Counted from the stretch's first letter, positions 8,299 through 19,397 are shown. The stretch is 64,000 nt of DNA from an uncultured Gemmatimonadales bacterium (GCA_963695185.1 CAVOGH010000004.1:464245-528244); one strand, 5' to 3'. Numbers and translations: made by a program. The notes: generated from the letters alone by a model not told the origin.

Positions 8299-10362
8299 AT
8301 GCGACGCATCACCTTGGCTCTGGTCAGTATCGCCGTCTGCGCGCCGTCGGTGAGCCGCCCCCTTCCCGCCCAGTCCTGTCAGGAGCCTCTGGCCCTGGTA
8401 CTCTCCGGCGGCGGGGCCAAGGGGCTGGCCCACATCGGCGTGCTCCGGGTTCTGGACAGCCTCGGGGTCCGCCCCGACCTGGTCGTCGGCACCAGCATGG
8501 GCGCCATCATCGGCGGGATGTACGCCAGCGGGTACACCGGCTGGGAAATCGATTCCCTGGCGCGATCGCTCACCCTGTCGAATCTGTTCACCCGCTACGC
8601 GCCCAGGGTCCCCGACGCTCTGGCCCCCCGGCCGGCCCTGGCGGTGTGGGAGCAGGGCGATTCGAAATTCTCCCTGCAGCGGGCGTCGGTGCGGGAGGGG
8701 GAAGTCAATGCCCTGATCAACCTGGCGATGCTCCGGGGCAACCTGCGCGCCCGGGGCAGCTTCGATTCACTGCGCGTGCGCTTCCGGGCGGTGGCTACAG
8801 ACCTCTCCCGGCGGACGGAGGTGGTGCTTCGTTCGGGCGACCTTGCCAGGGCCGTGCGGGCCAGCATGTCCATCCCCATTGTGTTCGAGCCCGAGCGCCT
8901 CAACGGCCTGTACCTGGGGGATGGCGCGCTGGTGGCGAATATCCCCGCCCAGACCGCCCGGGACGAAGGGGGCCGACGGCTCCTGATCTCGGATGCCACC
9001 GAACACCTGAGCGACAGCCTCGACCTCAGCGATCCCCTGATCCTGGCGGAGCAGCTCCTCGGGTTTCTCTTCAACCAGCCCGGCGTGGCCCCCGATTCCG
9101 CGGACCGCCTGATCCGCCCGCCGGTCGATGACTACAAGAGCCTCGACTTCTCCCGCGAGAGCGTCGAGCGGCTCATCGCGCTGGGCTACGAGGCGGCCGT
9201 GCACACCCTGCGCGACTATCCCTGCCTGCCGCCTGCAGCCACGCCGTCTCCGCGCGCGCCGTCTCCGCGCTTTCGGCTGGCACGGATAACGGGGAAGACC
9301 GACCAGAGCACCGAGGGTCTCTTTGTCCGGCGGCTGCTGGGTCTGGAGGAGGGCTCCACCCTGGACGTCGAGCGGGTACGCGCGGGCTTCCGCCGGCTGG
9401 CCCGGCACGACGGCTTTCGGGCGGTGTGGCTGCAGCCGTCCGGCCCACCTGATTCTCTGACCCTCGGCCTGCTGGTACGCCCGGCCAGCCGGCGGCTGGC
9501 AGCCGTCGGCCTGGCCTACGACAACGATCTGGGCGGACGCATGTGGCTCGGCGCGGTGGACCGGCAGCTGCTGGGACAGCGGGCCGAGGGGTCGCTGGCC
9601 CTTGGACTGGGCGAGCAGCGCCAGGACCTGGAGGCCGGACTGCGCACTTACACCGTGGCCGAGCGCCCGCTCCGCCCCCTCGCCACCATTATGCTCTCAC
9701 GCGAGCGAGTCCGGCAGTTCAACGTCAGGGGCATCGAGCAGGGAGCGCTCAAGACTCACGAGGCCGTCGGCTTCCTGGGGCTGGAGCAGGAGCTCGGCAA
9801 CTTGTGGCAGGTGCTGATCGGCGGGCGCATGCACCTGTGGGGCGAGCCGGGCCGCGGCGACCAGGAGGCCTGGGGTGGGCTGCTCAAGGTCTCGAGGCTC
9901 GATCGGCTCGGTCCGGTGCAGGCCCAGGCAGAGGTGGCCTACACCGATGCCTATACCCGTTTCCTGGCGGCCTTTTCGTCCCGGATCCCGCTGTCGCGGA
10001 AGGTGGCCGTCACCCCGTGGGTCCGCTATGGCTGGGGCGAGGACCTGCCGGCGCAGTCCACGTTCATGCTGGGCGGCTGGGACGGCTTTCCGGGATTCCA
10101 CATCGGGGAGCAGCGCGGGGACCGGGAAGCCTATGCCGGTCTCGCCGGCACCGTGAAACTGGCGGGGCCGCTCTCCTTCCGCGTGGAAGGCGCGATCGGG
10201 CAGGTCGCGGTGGGCGGACCGGCCGTTCCTGAGGGCGACTGGAAGGTCGGGGGCCGGGCGGGCTTCAACGTGGAGACACCCATCGGGCCGATCCGACTGG
10301 AGTACGGCATCGAGCAAGGCGGCCGCGATGAGTTCTTCGTGCGGCTGGGGGAGTGGTTCTAA
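8299..10362 (+). CDS. Patatin-like phospholipase fused to a POTRA + Omp85-type beta-barrel (PlpD-like, type Vd architecture)
   Basis: Signal peptide MRRITLALVSIAVCAP. GGGAKG oxyanion box, GTSMG (GxSxG) and a DGA Asp motif. The long C-terminal region has alternating beta pattern and ends ...RLGEWF (terminal aromatic beta-signal). Confidence 0.8.
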   Translation: MRRITLALVSIAVCAPSVSRPLPAQSCQEPLALVLSGGGAKGLAHIGVLRVLDSLGVRPDLVVGTSMGAIIGGMYASGYTGWEIDSLARSLTLSNLFTRYAPRVPDALAPRPALAVWEQGDSKFSLQRASVREGEVNALINLAMLRGNLRARGSFDSLRVRFRAVATDLSRRTEVVLRSGDLARAVRASMSIPIVFEPERLNGLYLGDGALVANIPAQTARDEGGRRLLISDATEHLSDSLDLSDPLILAEQLLGFLFNQPGVAPDSADRLIRPPVDDYKSLDFSRESVERLIALGYEAAVHTLRDYPCLPPAATPSPRAPSPRFRLARITGKTDQSTEGLFVRRLLGLEEGSTLDVERVRAGFRRLARHDGFRAVWLQPSGPPDSLTLGLLVRPASRRLAAVGLAYDNDLGGRMWLGAVDRQLLGQRAEGSLALGLGEQRQDLEAGLRTYTVAERPLRPLATIMLSRERVRQFNVRGIEQGALKTHEAVGFLGLEQELGNLWQVLIGGRMHLWGEPGRGDQEAWGGLLKVSRLDRLGPVQAQAEVAYTDAYTRFLAAFSSRIPLSRKVAVTPWVRYGWGEDLPAQSTFMLGGWDGFPGFHIGEQRGDREAYAGLAGTVKLAGPLSFRVEGAIGQVAVGGPAVPEGDWKVGGRAGFNVETPIGPIRLEYGIEQGGRDEFFVRLGEWF

Positions 10363-10392
10363 CCGGCCTGCCCCAGCGCCGCCCGCCGCTCC

Positions 10393-10452
10393 GGCGCGCC
10401 GCCCACCAGGTGATGGAGAGCGTGACCGTCAGGAACAGGAAGAAAAGCAGGC
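10393..10452 (-). pseudogene. Relic of an actP-like 5' end (gene fragment)
   Basis: Encodes ...LLFFLFLTVTLSITWWAARR, compared with the actP N-terminus LFFFLFLGVTLGITWWAARR. Nucleotides 10395-10450 align to 11911-11966 at about 46 of 56 positions by hand, including a 20-nt identical run. Confidence 0.55.
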
Positions 10453-10475
10453 CGGCAGTCAGCACGGTGCCGGCT

Positions 10476-11990
10476 TCAGTGGCCCAGCGACGCCTGCCGC
10501 TCCACGCCGGCAAAGGCCGCGGCCTCGGTGGCGTTCGGGCGGAGCACTGAAACGAGGATGCCGCTGACGAACCCCAGCGGCACGGTGACCAGCGCCGGGT
10601 TCTTGAGCGGGAACCAGGCGCTGTCCCGGTGCAGGACATCCATCTGCACGGTCGGAGACAGGAAGATCAGCACCAGCGTGGCCAGGGTGCCAACGATCAT
10701 GGCCGTCACCACCCCGGCGGTGGTGCACCCCCGCCAGAAGATGGCCAGCACCAGCGCCGGAAAGTTGCCGCTGGCCGCGATCGCAAAGGCGAGCGACACC
10801 ATGAACGCCACGTTTTGGCCCTTGAACGTGATGCCCAGCACCACCGCGATGATGCCCAGGACCAGCGTGGCCACCCGGGCCACGCGCAGTTGCTCGTCGG
10901 CGCTGGCGTTGCCGCCCCGCACCACGTTCACCCACAGATCGTGGGAGAGGGCTGCGGCGCCCGAGAGGGTGAGGCCGGCTACCACTGCCAGGATGGTCGC
11001 GAACGCCACCGCCCCGATGAACCCCAGGAAGGGCGTGCCACCGAGCAGCTCGGCCAGCAGTGGCGCCGCCATGTTGCCACCGGCATCCACCGCCCGGATG
11101 GCGTCGGGACCCACCAGCACCATGGCGCCGAAGCCGAGGATGAACGTCATCAGGTAGAACGCCCCGATGAGACCGGTGGCGTAGAAGATTGACCGGCGCG
11201 CCGTCTCGGCATCGGGCACGGTGTAGAAGCGCATCAGGATGTGCGGCAGGCCGGCCGTGCCGAACATGAGGGCCAGCCCGAGGGAGAACGCGTCGGCGGG
11301 GTTGGCCACCAGACCGCCAGGACTGAGCACACCCTCCCCGTAGCGTGCCGCGGCCTCCGCGAACAGCCTCGCCGGGTTCATGCCGAAGCGGGCCAGCACC
11401 AGCACCGCGAGCAGCGTCGCCCCGAACAGGAGCAGCACCGCCTTGACGATCTGCACCCAGGTGGTGGCGATCATCCCACCGAACAGCACGTAGGCGATCA
11501 TCGCCGCGCCCACCACGATGATCGCCGTCTCGTAGGACAGCCCGAAGAGCAGCCGGATCAGTCCCCCGGCACCAACCATCTGCGCAATGAGGTAGAGCGT
11601 CACCGTGGCCAGGGTACCCACCGCGGCGGCAATCCGAACCGGCGCCTGCCTGAGCCGAAGGGCCACCACATCCGCAAAGGTGTACTTGCCCAGATTGCGC
11701 AGCGGCTCTGCGATCAGGAACAGGACCACCGGCCACCCCACCAGCCAACCGGTGGAGTAAATCAGTCCGTCAAAGCCGCTGAGGCTGACCAGGCCGGCGA
11801 TCCCGAGGAAACTCGCCGCGCTCATGTAGTCGCCGGCCAGGGCCAATCCGTTCTGGCCGGCCGTAATGGAGCGTCCGGCCGCGTAGAAGTGCTCGGTCGT
11901 CCGGGTCCGCCGCGCCGCCCACCAGGTGATCCCGAGGGTGACACCGAGGAACAGGAAGAAGAACAGCTTGGCGATCAGGCCAGAGGCCAT
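10476..11990 (-). CDS. actP: Cation/acetate symporter ActP (SSS family)
   Basis: Near-colinear with E. coli ActP blocks recalled from memory: GLAIAGDYMSAASFLGI, YTFADV, LYLIAQMVGAG, GGMxATTWVQIxKAVLLLFGA, MFGTAGLPHILMRF and AFAIAAS. ATG at 11990. Confidence 0.95.
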   Translation of the reverse strand: MASGLIAKLFFFLFLGVTLGITWWAARRTRTTEHFYAAGRSITAGQNGLALAGDYMSAASFLGIAGLVSLSGFDGLIYSTGWLVGWPVVLFLIAEPLRNLGKYTFADVVALRLRQAPVRIAAAVGTLATVTLYLIAQMVGAGGLIRLLFGLSYETAIIVVGAAMIAYVLFGGMIATTWVQIVKAVLLLFGATLLAVLVLARFGMNPARLFAEAAARYGEGVLSPGGLVANPADAFSLGLALMFGTAGLPHILMRFYTVPDAETARRSIFYATGLIGAFYLMTFILGFGAMVLVGPDAIRAVDAGGNMAAPLLAELLGGTPFLGFIGAVAFATILAVVAGLTLSGAAALSHDLWVNVVRGGNASADEQLRVARVATLVLGIIAVVLGITFKGQNVAFMVSLAFAIAASGNFPALVLAIFWRGCTTAGVVTAMIVGTLATLVLIFLSPTVQMDVLHRDSAWFPLKNPALVTVPLGFVSGILVSVLRPNATEAAAFAGVERQASLGH

Positions 11991-12122
11991 GGGAGTCTGG
12001 GTCGGCGGTGGAGAGCGGATCTGGCGCGCGGGGCGCCGGCGCGGTCGGCTGGCGGGGAGGAGCATGACGGCGCAGCGGCGGCCCGGCCGCCCTGCCCTCG
12101 CCCTCGAAAGCGCTCCCCCGCC

Positions 12123-12422
12123 CTACTTGCGGCGGGCCGCCTCGTCGCCCCAGTCGCGCAGTCGCTTGAGCTGTGGATCGTAACGCGTGTTGGCCCAGCG
12201 CACGTACACCCAGGTGAGCCCCCAGCAGGCGACGATCACCAGGGCGCCGAGCAGGATGCCCAGGCTCAGGCCCGGGACGATCAGCGTCCCCAGCAGCGGC
12301 TTATTCCAGGCGATGAGGGAGATGAATCCGAAATAGACGACGATCACGCACAGCGTGAGGGCCAGTGCCACGCGGCGCCGGGCGGCGCCCAAGGCCCGGA
12401 GCCGCGCCTCGCGGTCGTCCAC
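12123..12422 (-). CDS. yjcH: DUF485 inner-membrane protein (YjcH-like ActP partner)
   Basis: 99 aa with two TM helices, immediately upstream of actP as in the E. coli yjcH-actP arrangement. Confidence 0.8.
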   Translation of the reverse strand: MDDREARLRALGAARRRVALALTLCVIVVYFGFISLIAWNKPLLGTLIVPGLSLGILLGALVIVACWGLTWVYVRWANTRYDPQLKRLRDWGDEAARRK

Positions 12423-12425
12423 CGA

Positions 12426-12998
12426 TCAGGACCGGCCGAGCAGGTTCTTCTTGAAGCCGTCGCCGGGGCCGGGCTTCGGGCCGATCCAGCAGGCCAGCAA
12501 CGCGTCGGCAAAGGCCTTGCCGGCGATCGTTCCCTTGCTGGTGCCGGCCACGGCGACCTCGGTGCCGGTGCCCGGGACATAGGTGAAGGTGAACGCCTGC
12601 TCGTCCTCGATGTCGTCCATCAGATCGCACAGCTCGACAAACTGCTGCTTGAGTTCTGCGGACGCCTCCGGGGTGTTGTTCTTGAGGCCGTCATCCCAGG
12701 CGTCACAGATCTTCTTCTTGTCCACCCCGCGGAGGAAATGCATCTCCATGCGGCGGGCGGCATCGGCTCCAAGGATCGCGTCGGCGTCGCCGGACGGCGA
12801 CGCGACGTAGAGGGCGGCCACGTACACCTTGACAATGAACTTTTTCCGCAGCGCCATGCCGTTGAGTGCGAGCGCGTGCCCGGCGACCTCGATGCTGGTC
12901 GGTACAGCGACTCCGTTCATGGTACGAACGCTGTCGGCTGCCGCCGGGGTCGCCGGGGCCAGGGGAGCGGCAAGCAGGCTGCTCAGCAGGAGTAACAT
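12426..12998 (-). CDS. Secreted chalcone-isomerase-like family protein
   Basis: Signal peptide, and a LNGMALRKKFIVKVYVAALY motif typical of the bacterial CHI-like fold. Lies 3 nt upstream of the DUF485 gene. Confidence 0.65.
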   Translation of the reverse strand: MLLLLSSLLAAPLAPATPAAADSVRTMNGVAVPTSIEVAGHALALNGMALRKKFIVKVYVAALYVASPSGDADAILGADAARRMEMHFLRGVDKKKICDAWDDGLKNNTPEASAELKQQFVELCDLMDDIEDEQAFTFTYVPGTGTEVAVAGTSKGTIAGKAFADALLACWIGPKPGPGDGFKKNLLGRS

Positions 12999-13076
12999 TG
13001 GGTACCTCGATCGTGCAGGTGATGAACCGGCTCTCTCCGCGGGGCAAGTTGCCTCCCGGATCGTGGCCGCGCAAGC

Positions 13077-13676
13077 TCAGGGACCGGTTAGCACCACCGC
13101 TCCTGAAGTGAGCTTCACACTCGCGCCGGCCGGGATCTGGACGTAGAGATCCCGGCCGGTGGCGGTGAGCGCGGGATACTGCCGGCCGACGCTGGCCATG
13201 AGGGGGGCAAGGATCATTTCTGGAATCGCGATCCCGTCCACGGTGGCGCTCCGCAAATGAAAGCGCACCGCCTCCGGCCCGGCCCGAGCCAGGTCCACCT
13301 GGGCCTCGAGCCGCGTTGACGCCGGGAGCAGCAGCACCAGCTGGGAGAGCGCCTGACGCGCCTCGGCCGGGAGATCGCTGATCCGGCCGCCGATCCGGAT
13401 CAGGGCCGTGTCAATGGCCACCCGGAAGCCGAAGTCCGGCGGAATCGTTCGCAGGCCCAGCCGCGCCATGAGGTAGGCGGCGAAGTCTCCGCCGGCGACG
13501 ATCACTTCAGGCAGCTGACGGTCCACATACACCGAATCCACCTGTGCGGCGGCCCGGGCCACCCCGGGCGCCGTAATGGCCGCCCACTCCCCGGCCTCGT
13601 CCGGCATCTGGCCCCGGGCCGGGGCGGGGATGCCTGCAAGCAGGAGACAGAGCGCCAGCGTGGTCGAGCGCATCAT
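13077..13676 (-). CDS. Exported hypothetical protein
   Basis: ATG 13676 or 13673 gives MMRSTTLALCLLLAGIPAPARG (signal peptide). No recognisable catalytic motif. Confidence 0.5.
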   Translation of the reverse strand: MMRSTTLALCLLLAGIPAPARGQMPDEAGEWAAITAPGVARAAAQVDSVYVDRQLPEVIVAGGDFAAYLMARLGLRTIPPDFGFRVAIDTALIRIGGRISDLPAEARQALSQLVLLLPASTRLEAQVDLARAGPEAVRFHLRSATVDGIAIPEMILAPLMASVGRQYPALTATGRDLYVQIPAGASVKLTSGAVVLTGP

Positions 13677-13751
13677 ATCGCGAATTGGGTGGAAGATCCG
13701 TAGCTTGGACATGGTTACCTGGTGTCGCACTTCCCCGCCCCGGAGGCCGTG

Positions 13752-13955
13752 ATGGAATGGACCATCGTGGGAATGAACGTACTCTATGCGGTGCTCGGCG
13801 TGGTACTGATGTACCTGTCGTACCGGGTGATTGACCGGATGACCCCGGAGGTGGACTTCAACCAGGAGCTGCAGCGCGGCAATGTCGCGGTGGCCATCTT
13901 CGTCGCGGCGCTGTTCCTTTCCATTGCCATCATCATTGGGGGAGCCCTGAATTGA
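13752..13955 (+). CDS. DUF350 small membrane protein
   Basis: MEWTIVGMNVLYAVLGVVLMYLSYRVIDRMTP...NVAVAIFVAALFLSIAIIIGGAL shows the two-TM DUF350 pattern. Confidence 0.7.
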   Translation: MEWTIVGMNVLYAVLGVVLMYLSYRVIDRMTPEVDFNQELQRGNVAVAIFVAALFLSIAIIIGGALN

Positions 13956-14632
13956 GGCTGCGGGCCGGGGTGCCGATGCTTGCCGTGGCTCTGGGCCTGC
14001 TCTGCCTTGCCCTGCCCCTCCAGGCCCAGCGTGCCCCTGAGCGCTTCGACGACAGCTTCCGCAAGTACAGCAAACGCTTCTTCGGGGTCCCCTTCGACTG
14101 GCGGCTGTTCAAGGCGCAGGCACTCACCGAGAGCAACCTCGACACCGCGGCGACCAGCTGGGTCGGCGCTCGTGGCATCATGCAGCTGATGCCGCTGACC
14201 TTCCGGGAGGTCCAGTCCCGCAACCCCGCCTTCACTTCCATAGATGACCCGGAGTGGAATATCGCCGCAGGGATCTACTACGACCGGCGGCTCTGGCGTA
14301 CCTGGCAGGACTCGGTGGACAACGAGGACCACCGTGCCTTCATGTTCGCGAGCTACAACGCCGGGCGGCTTCCCATCCTCCGCGCCCGCGACCTGGCTCG
14401 GGGCCGTACCCTGGACCCGCGCCGCTGGGCCAGCGTGGAGCTGGTGGCCCCCGAGGTCCGGCGCTGGCGCCATGAGGAGACGCTCAACTACATCCGGCGG
14501 ATCCACGACAACCTCACCCGTCTCGATCACCGCGGACGGGTAGTGCGCCGGTCCCCGGCTGCACCTCCCAATACCCTGCCGGCTGCGCCGGACACCCTGC
14601 CTCGGGTGACCGCCGAGACTCCCCAACCCTAG
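13952..14632 (+). CDS. Lytic transglycosylase (SLT domain)
   Basis: Signal peptide. Catalytic AQALTESNL (E-S) and GARGIMQLMP motifs. Start is TTG 13952 or ATG 13976. Confidence 0.85.
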   Translation: MRLRAGVPMLAVALGLLCLALPLQAQRAPERFDDSFRKYSKRFFGVPFDWRLFKAQALTESNLDTAATSWVGARGIMQLMPLTFREVQSRNPAFTSIDDPEWNIAAGIYYDRRLWRTWQDSVDNEDHRAFMFASYNAGRLPILRARDLARGRTLDPRRWASVELVAPEVRRWRHEETLNYIRRIHDNLTRLDHRGRVVRRSPAAPPNTLPAAPDTLPRVTAETPQP

Positions 14633-14654
14633 TCAGACCTCTGGACGAAAGGAG

Positions 14655-14696
14655 TTGCAAGATATATCGTAAGCTCTATCTTGCGACATATCTTGG
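14655..14696. promoter_or_regulatory. Candidate PadR operator (nested inverted repeats) in an AT-rich leader
   Basis: TTGCAAGATAT (14655-14665) is mirrored by TATCTTGC (14677-14684) and ATATCTTG (14688-14695), 20-60 nt upstream of the PadR gene ATG. Confidence 0.4.
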
Positions 14697-14717
14697 TCAA
14701 CCTGGCGAGGTATCACC

Positions 14718-15323
14718 ATGCATAAACACTGGCAGGACTGGGGGTTAGGAGATTTGGAAGACGCGCTCGGCCTGCGTGGATTCGGCTTTTGGGCCAAGGG
14801 GGGCAAGACCCACGGTGGGCGGCGCCGCCAGCAGATGTTCGAGGCTGGCGAACTGCGGCTGGTGATCCTCCGGCTGCTGAAAGAACGCCCGCGACATGGG
14901 TACGACATCATCAAGGAACTCGAGGAGCGTATGGCCGGATGTTACACCCCCTCGGCCGGCACCATCTACCCGACGCTCCAGCTGCTGGAGGACCAGGGGC
15001 TGGTCCGGGTGGTGGAGAGCGAAGGGAAGAAGATCTACCACATCACCCCTGAAGGTGAGCAGCAGCTCGAGGATCGGGGCGACGAACTGGACCAGATTAT
15101 CGCGCGGGTACGAGAGACGGTACGCGACTATGCCGGCGGCTCGATGGGCGAACTCAACCGGGCCTTCGGGCAGCTCGCCGCCCGCACCTTTCGGGAGGCC
15201 TTTCGTCGCGGACCGGGAGACGAGGCGGTGCGCCGGGTCGCCGAGATCCTGCGCCGGACCACGGCGGAGATCGAGCGGGAGTGGCAGGGGCCGGCGGCAC
15301 CTGTGCCGCCACCGGCGACCTGA
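14718..15323 (+). CDS. PadR-family transcriptional regulator
   Basis: LRLVILRLLKERPRHGYDIIKELEERMAGCYTPSAGTIYPTLQLLEDQGLV is a winged-helix PadR signature. Confidence 0.9.
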   Translation: MHKHWQDWGLGDLEDALGLRGFGFWAKGGKTHGGRRRQQMFEAGELRLVILRLLKERPRHGYDIIKELEERMAGCYTPSAGTIYPTLQLLEDQGLVRVVESEGKKIYHITPEGEQQLEDRGDELDQIIARVRETVRDYAGGSMGELNRAFGQLAARTFREAFRRGPGDEAVRRVAEILRRTTAEIEREWQGPAAPVPPPAT

Positions 15324-15415
15324 GGACCAGCGGCCGCACCGCACGCGCCAGGGGAGGCCATGGTCTGGCCTCCCCTGGATTCGATCGGCCTCCCTCGCTT
15401 CGCTGGTGTTCTCGC

Positions 15416-15988
15416 TTAGAGGAGGCCGGTCAGCGGCGTGGCGTAGCTGGCGCTGCGGGGCTCGGGTTCGCCGTACCGGCCCTCGTGGGCATGCTGACGG
15501 TTCCACTCCTCCCGCAGGCAGAACGGGTCCAGTCCGTGCGGCCGGTCCACCGCCAGGACGCCGTCCAGGTGGTCGATCTCGTGCTGCAGCAGCTCGGCCC
15601 GGTCTCCCTCGAGCTCGGCGGTGTGCCAGGCGCCCTTCAGGTCCTGATACCGCACCTTGATCCGGTAGGCGCGAGAGACCCGGACGAAGAGGCTGGGGAA
15701 CGAGAAGCAGTCGTCCCAGACGGTGAAGTCCTCGTTGCCGACATCCACGATCTCCGGGTTGATCAGCGGCCAGGCCTTGTCCATCTCCACATAGACGATG
15801 CGCACCGGCGCGCCGATCTGCGGGGCGGAAATTCCCCGGCCGTGGCCGAAGCGCGACTGGAAGTCGCGCAGGGTCTCGCGCAGGTCGTCTACAATCACCC
15901 GTACGGCGGTGGAGCCCGGCTTGGCAATCGGTTCGCAGCGGGCCCGGAGGATCGGGTCGCCCAGCATGCGAATACGGTGGATGGTCAT
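15416..15988 (-). CDS. def: Peptide deformylase
   Basis: GRGISAPQIG (motif 1), DDCFSFP (a variant of EGCLS that retains the Cys) and HEIDHLDG (motif 3). ATG at 15988. Confidence 0.85.
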   Translation of the reverse strand: MTIHRIRMLGDPILRARCEPIAKPGSTAVRVIVDDLRETLRDFQSRFGHGRGISAPQIGAPVRIVYVEMDKAWPLINPEIVDVGNEDFTVWDDCFSFPSLFVRVSRAYRIKVRYQDLKGAWHTAELEGDRAELLQHEIDHLDGVLAVDRPHGLDPFCLREEWNRQHAHEGRYGEPEPRSASYATPLTGLL

Positions 15989-16367
15989 CTCTCGGTCCGG
16001 TCGGGGTTCTATACAGGCGCCCCAATCTTCATTCAAGCGCGCAGGTCGGCAATGGGGGTGGTGGACATCGGCCCGGAGAGTCAGTCATCCCAGGTTGGGC
16101 GGGTCTGGTCGAGACAGCAGCAGAGGTTGCAATTACAACTACTTAGTCGTTAGCCGATTCACCAGCACTAAGCAACTGCGGCTAGATAACTTACAGCCAG
16201 CGACATTCGGGCCGTTGGCGCAGGTTGAGCCTGCCCGGGATCTCTCTGGGTCAACGCCTTGGCCGACCCCCCAAGCATCGTGGCAAGCTGGTCTCGTGTC
16301 ATCGTAATCGCTTCAAGTCATTTCTGAACAAGCCTTTATGGATTTAATCCAATAGTTTGGAATTAAG

Positions 16368-16396
16368 TTGACAAATCCCGAACGTGACTCTAGGAT
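16368..16396 (+). promoter_or_regulatory. Putative sigma70-type promoter of the sufR/suf operon
   Basis: TTGACA (16368-16373), a 17-nt spacer, then TAGGAT (16391-16396), which ends 9 nt upstream of the sufR ATG at 16406 (10 nt from its last base to the A of the ATG). Confidence 0.4.
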
Positions 16397-16405
16397 TACC
16401 CCCCT

Positions 16406-17130
16406 ATGGGATCCTCCCTCACCGAACCAGTGGCCGATCAATCGCTGCCGCCCGCCTATAAGGGACCGCGCGGGGCGATTCTCGTCGCGCTCAAGCGCGC
16501 CGGGTCGGTCACGGCCAGAGAGTTGGGGGAGCAACTCGGGCTGTCCTCCAACGCGATCCGGCATCACCTCAAGGAGCTGGAGATCGATGGTGTGGTCGCC
16601 TACCGGCGCGAGCAGCGCGGTCTGGGCGCTCCGACCTTCGCCTGGCACCTGAGTCCGGCGGGAGAATCGCTCTTTCCGCAGCGGTACCGGGAGTTGCTCA
16701 CCGAGGTGCTGGACCGGGTGGCGGAACAGGCGGGCCGGCAGGCCGTGGTGGCGGCCCTCGCGACCCGGTTCGAGGACCTGGCGCACAAGCTTCGCGCCGA
16801 ACTGGGAGACTCCACCCCGGAGCAGCGCATGGAAGCGGTGATGCGCGCGCTCAGCGAGGGCGGCTACATGGCGGAGTGGCACGACGGGGAGGGTGGCTTC
16901 CGGCTCACGGAGCACAACTGCGCCATCCGGGCCCTCGCCGAGCGCTTCCCCGAGATCTGCGAGGCGGAGGCGAAGTTTCTGGGCGAGGTGCTGCTGGCGG
17001 CGGTGGAGCGGGAGTCCCACATGCTCGACGGCTGCACTGCGTGCGAGTATCGGGTCAGCTTTCCCGACCCCGCGCCGGTGTCAATCACGTCGTTGCACGA
17101 ACCGGGTCCGACGGCCCGTGAGGAGCAGGC

Positions 17131-17134
<4 letters not shown>
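16406..17134 (+). CDS. sufR: SufR-like winged-helix regulator with C-terminal Cys cluster
   Basis: ArsR/DeoR-like HTH ([25 protein letters not shown]). C-terminus has [14 protein letters not shown]...GCTAC cysteines. Stop overlaps the sufB ATG (ATGA). Confidence 0.75.
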
Positions 17135-18579
<1,445 letters not shown>

Positions 18580-18641
18580 GGCCCTGACGGAACCACTGCA
18601 ACGGCCGCAGAGGCCCGGAAACGAACCGAGGAAACAGAACA

Positions 18642-19393
<752 letters not shown>

Positions 19394-19397
<4 letters not shown>

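Noticed and set aside
10265-10639. 124-aa minus-strand ORF spanning the actP/patatin gap, considered as a real small membrane protein gene.
   Set aside because: Only about 20 residues are protein-like, and those duplicate the ActP N-terminus. The rest overlaps the actP 3' end and the patatin 3' end out of frame. It is better treated as a gene relic (see findings).
16058-16407. Possible tmRNA on the minus strand. The length is ~350 nt. The 5' end GGGGGGTAATCCTAGAGTCACGTTCGGGATTTG loosely recalls GGGGCTGATTCTGGATTCGACGGGATTTG. The 3' end reads ...GTCCACCA, and there is a GCTAACGAC tag-like start.
   Set aside because: There is no T-arm (GGTTCGAnTCC-type) before the CCA. The 5' and 3' ends cannot pair as an acceptor stem. 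The tag-like frame hits TAA after three codons and lies too far from the 5' end. The 5' end would also overlap the sufR start and its promoter.
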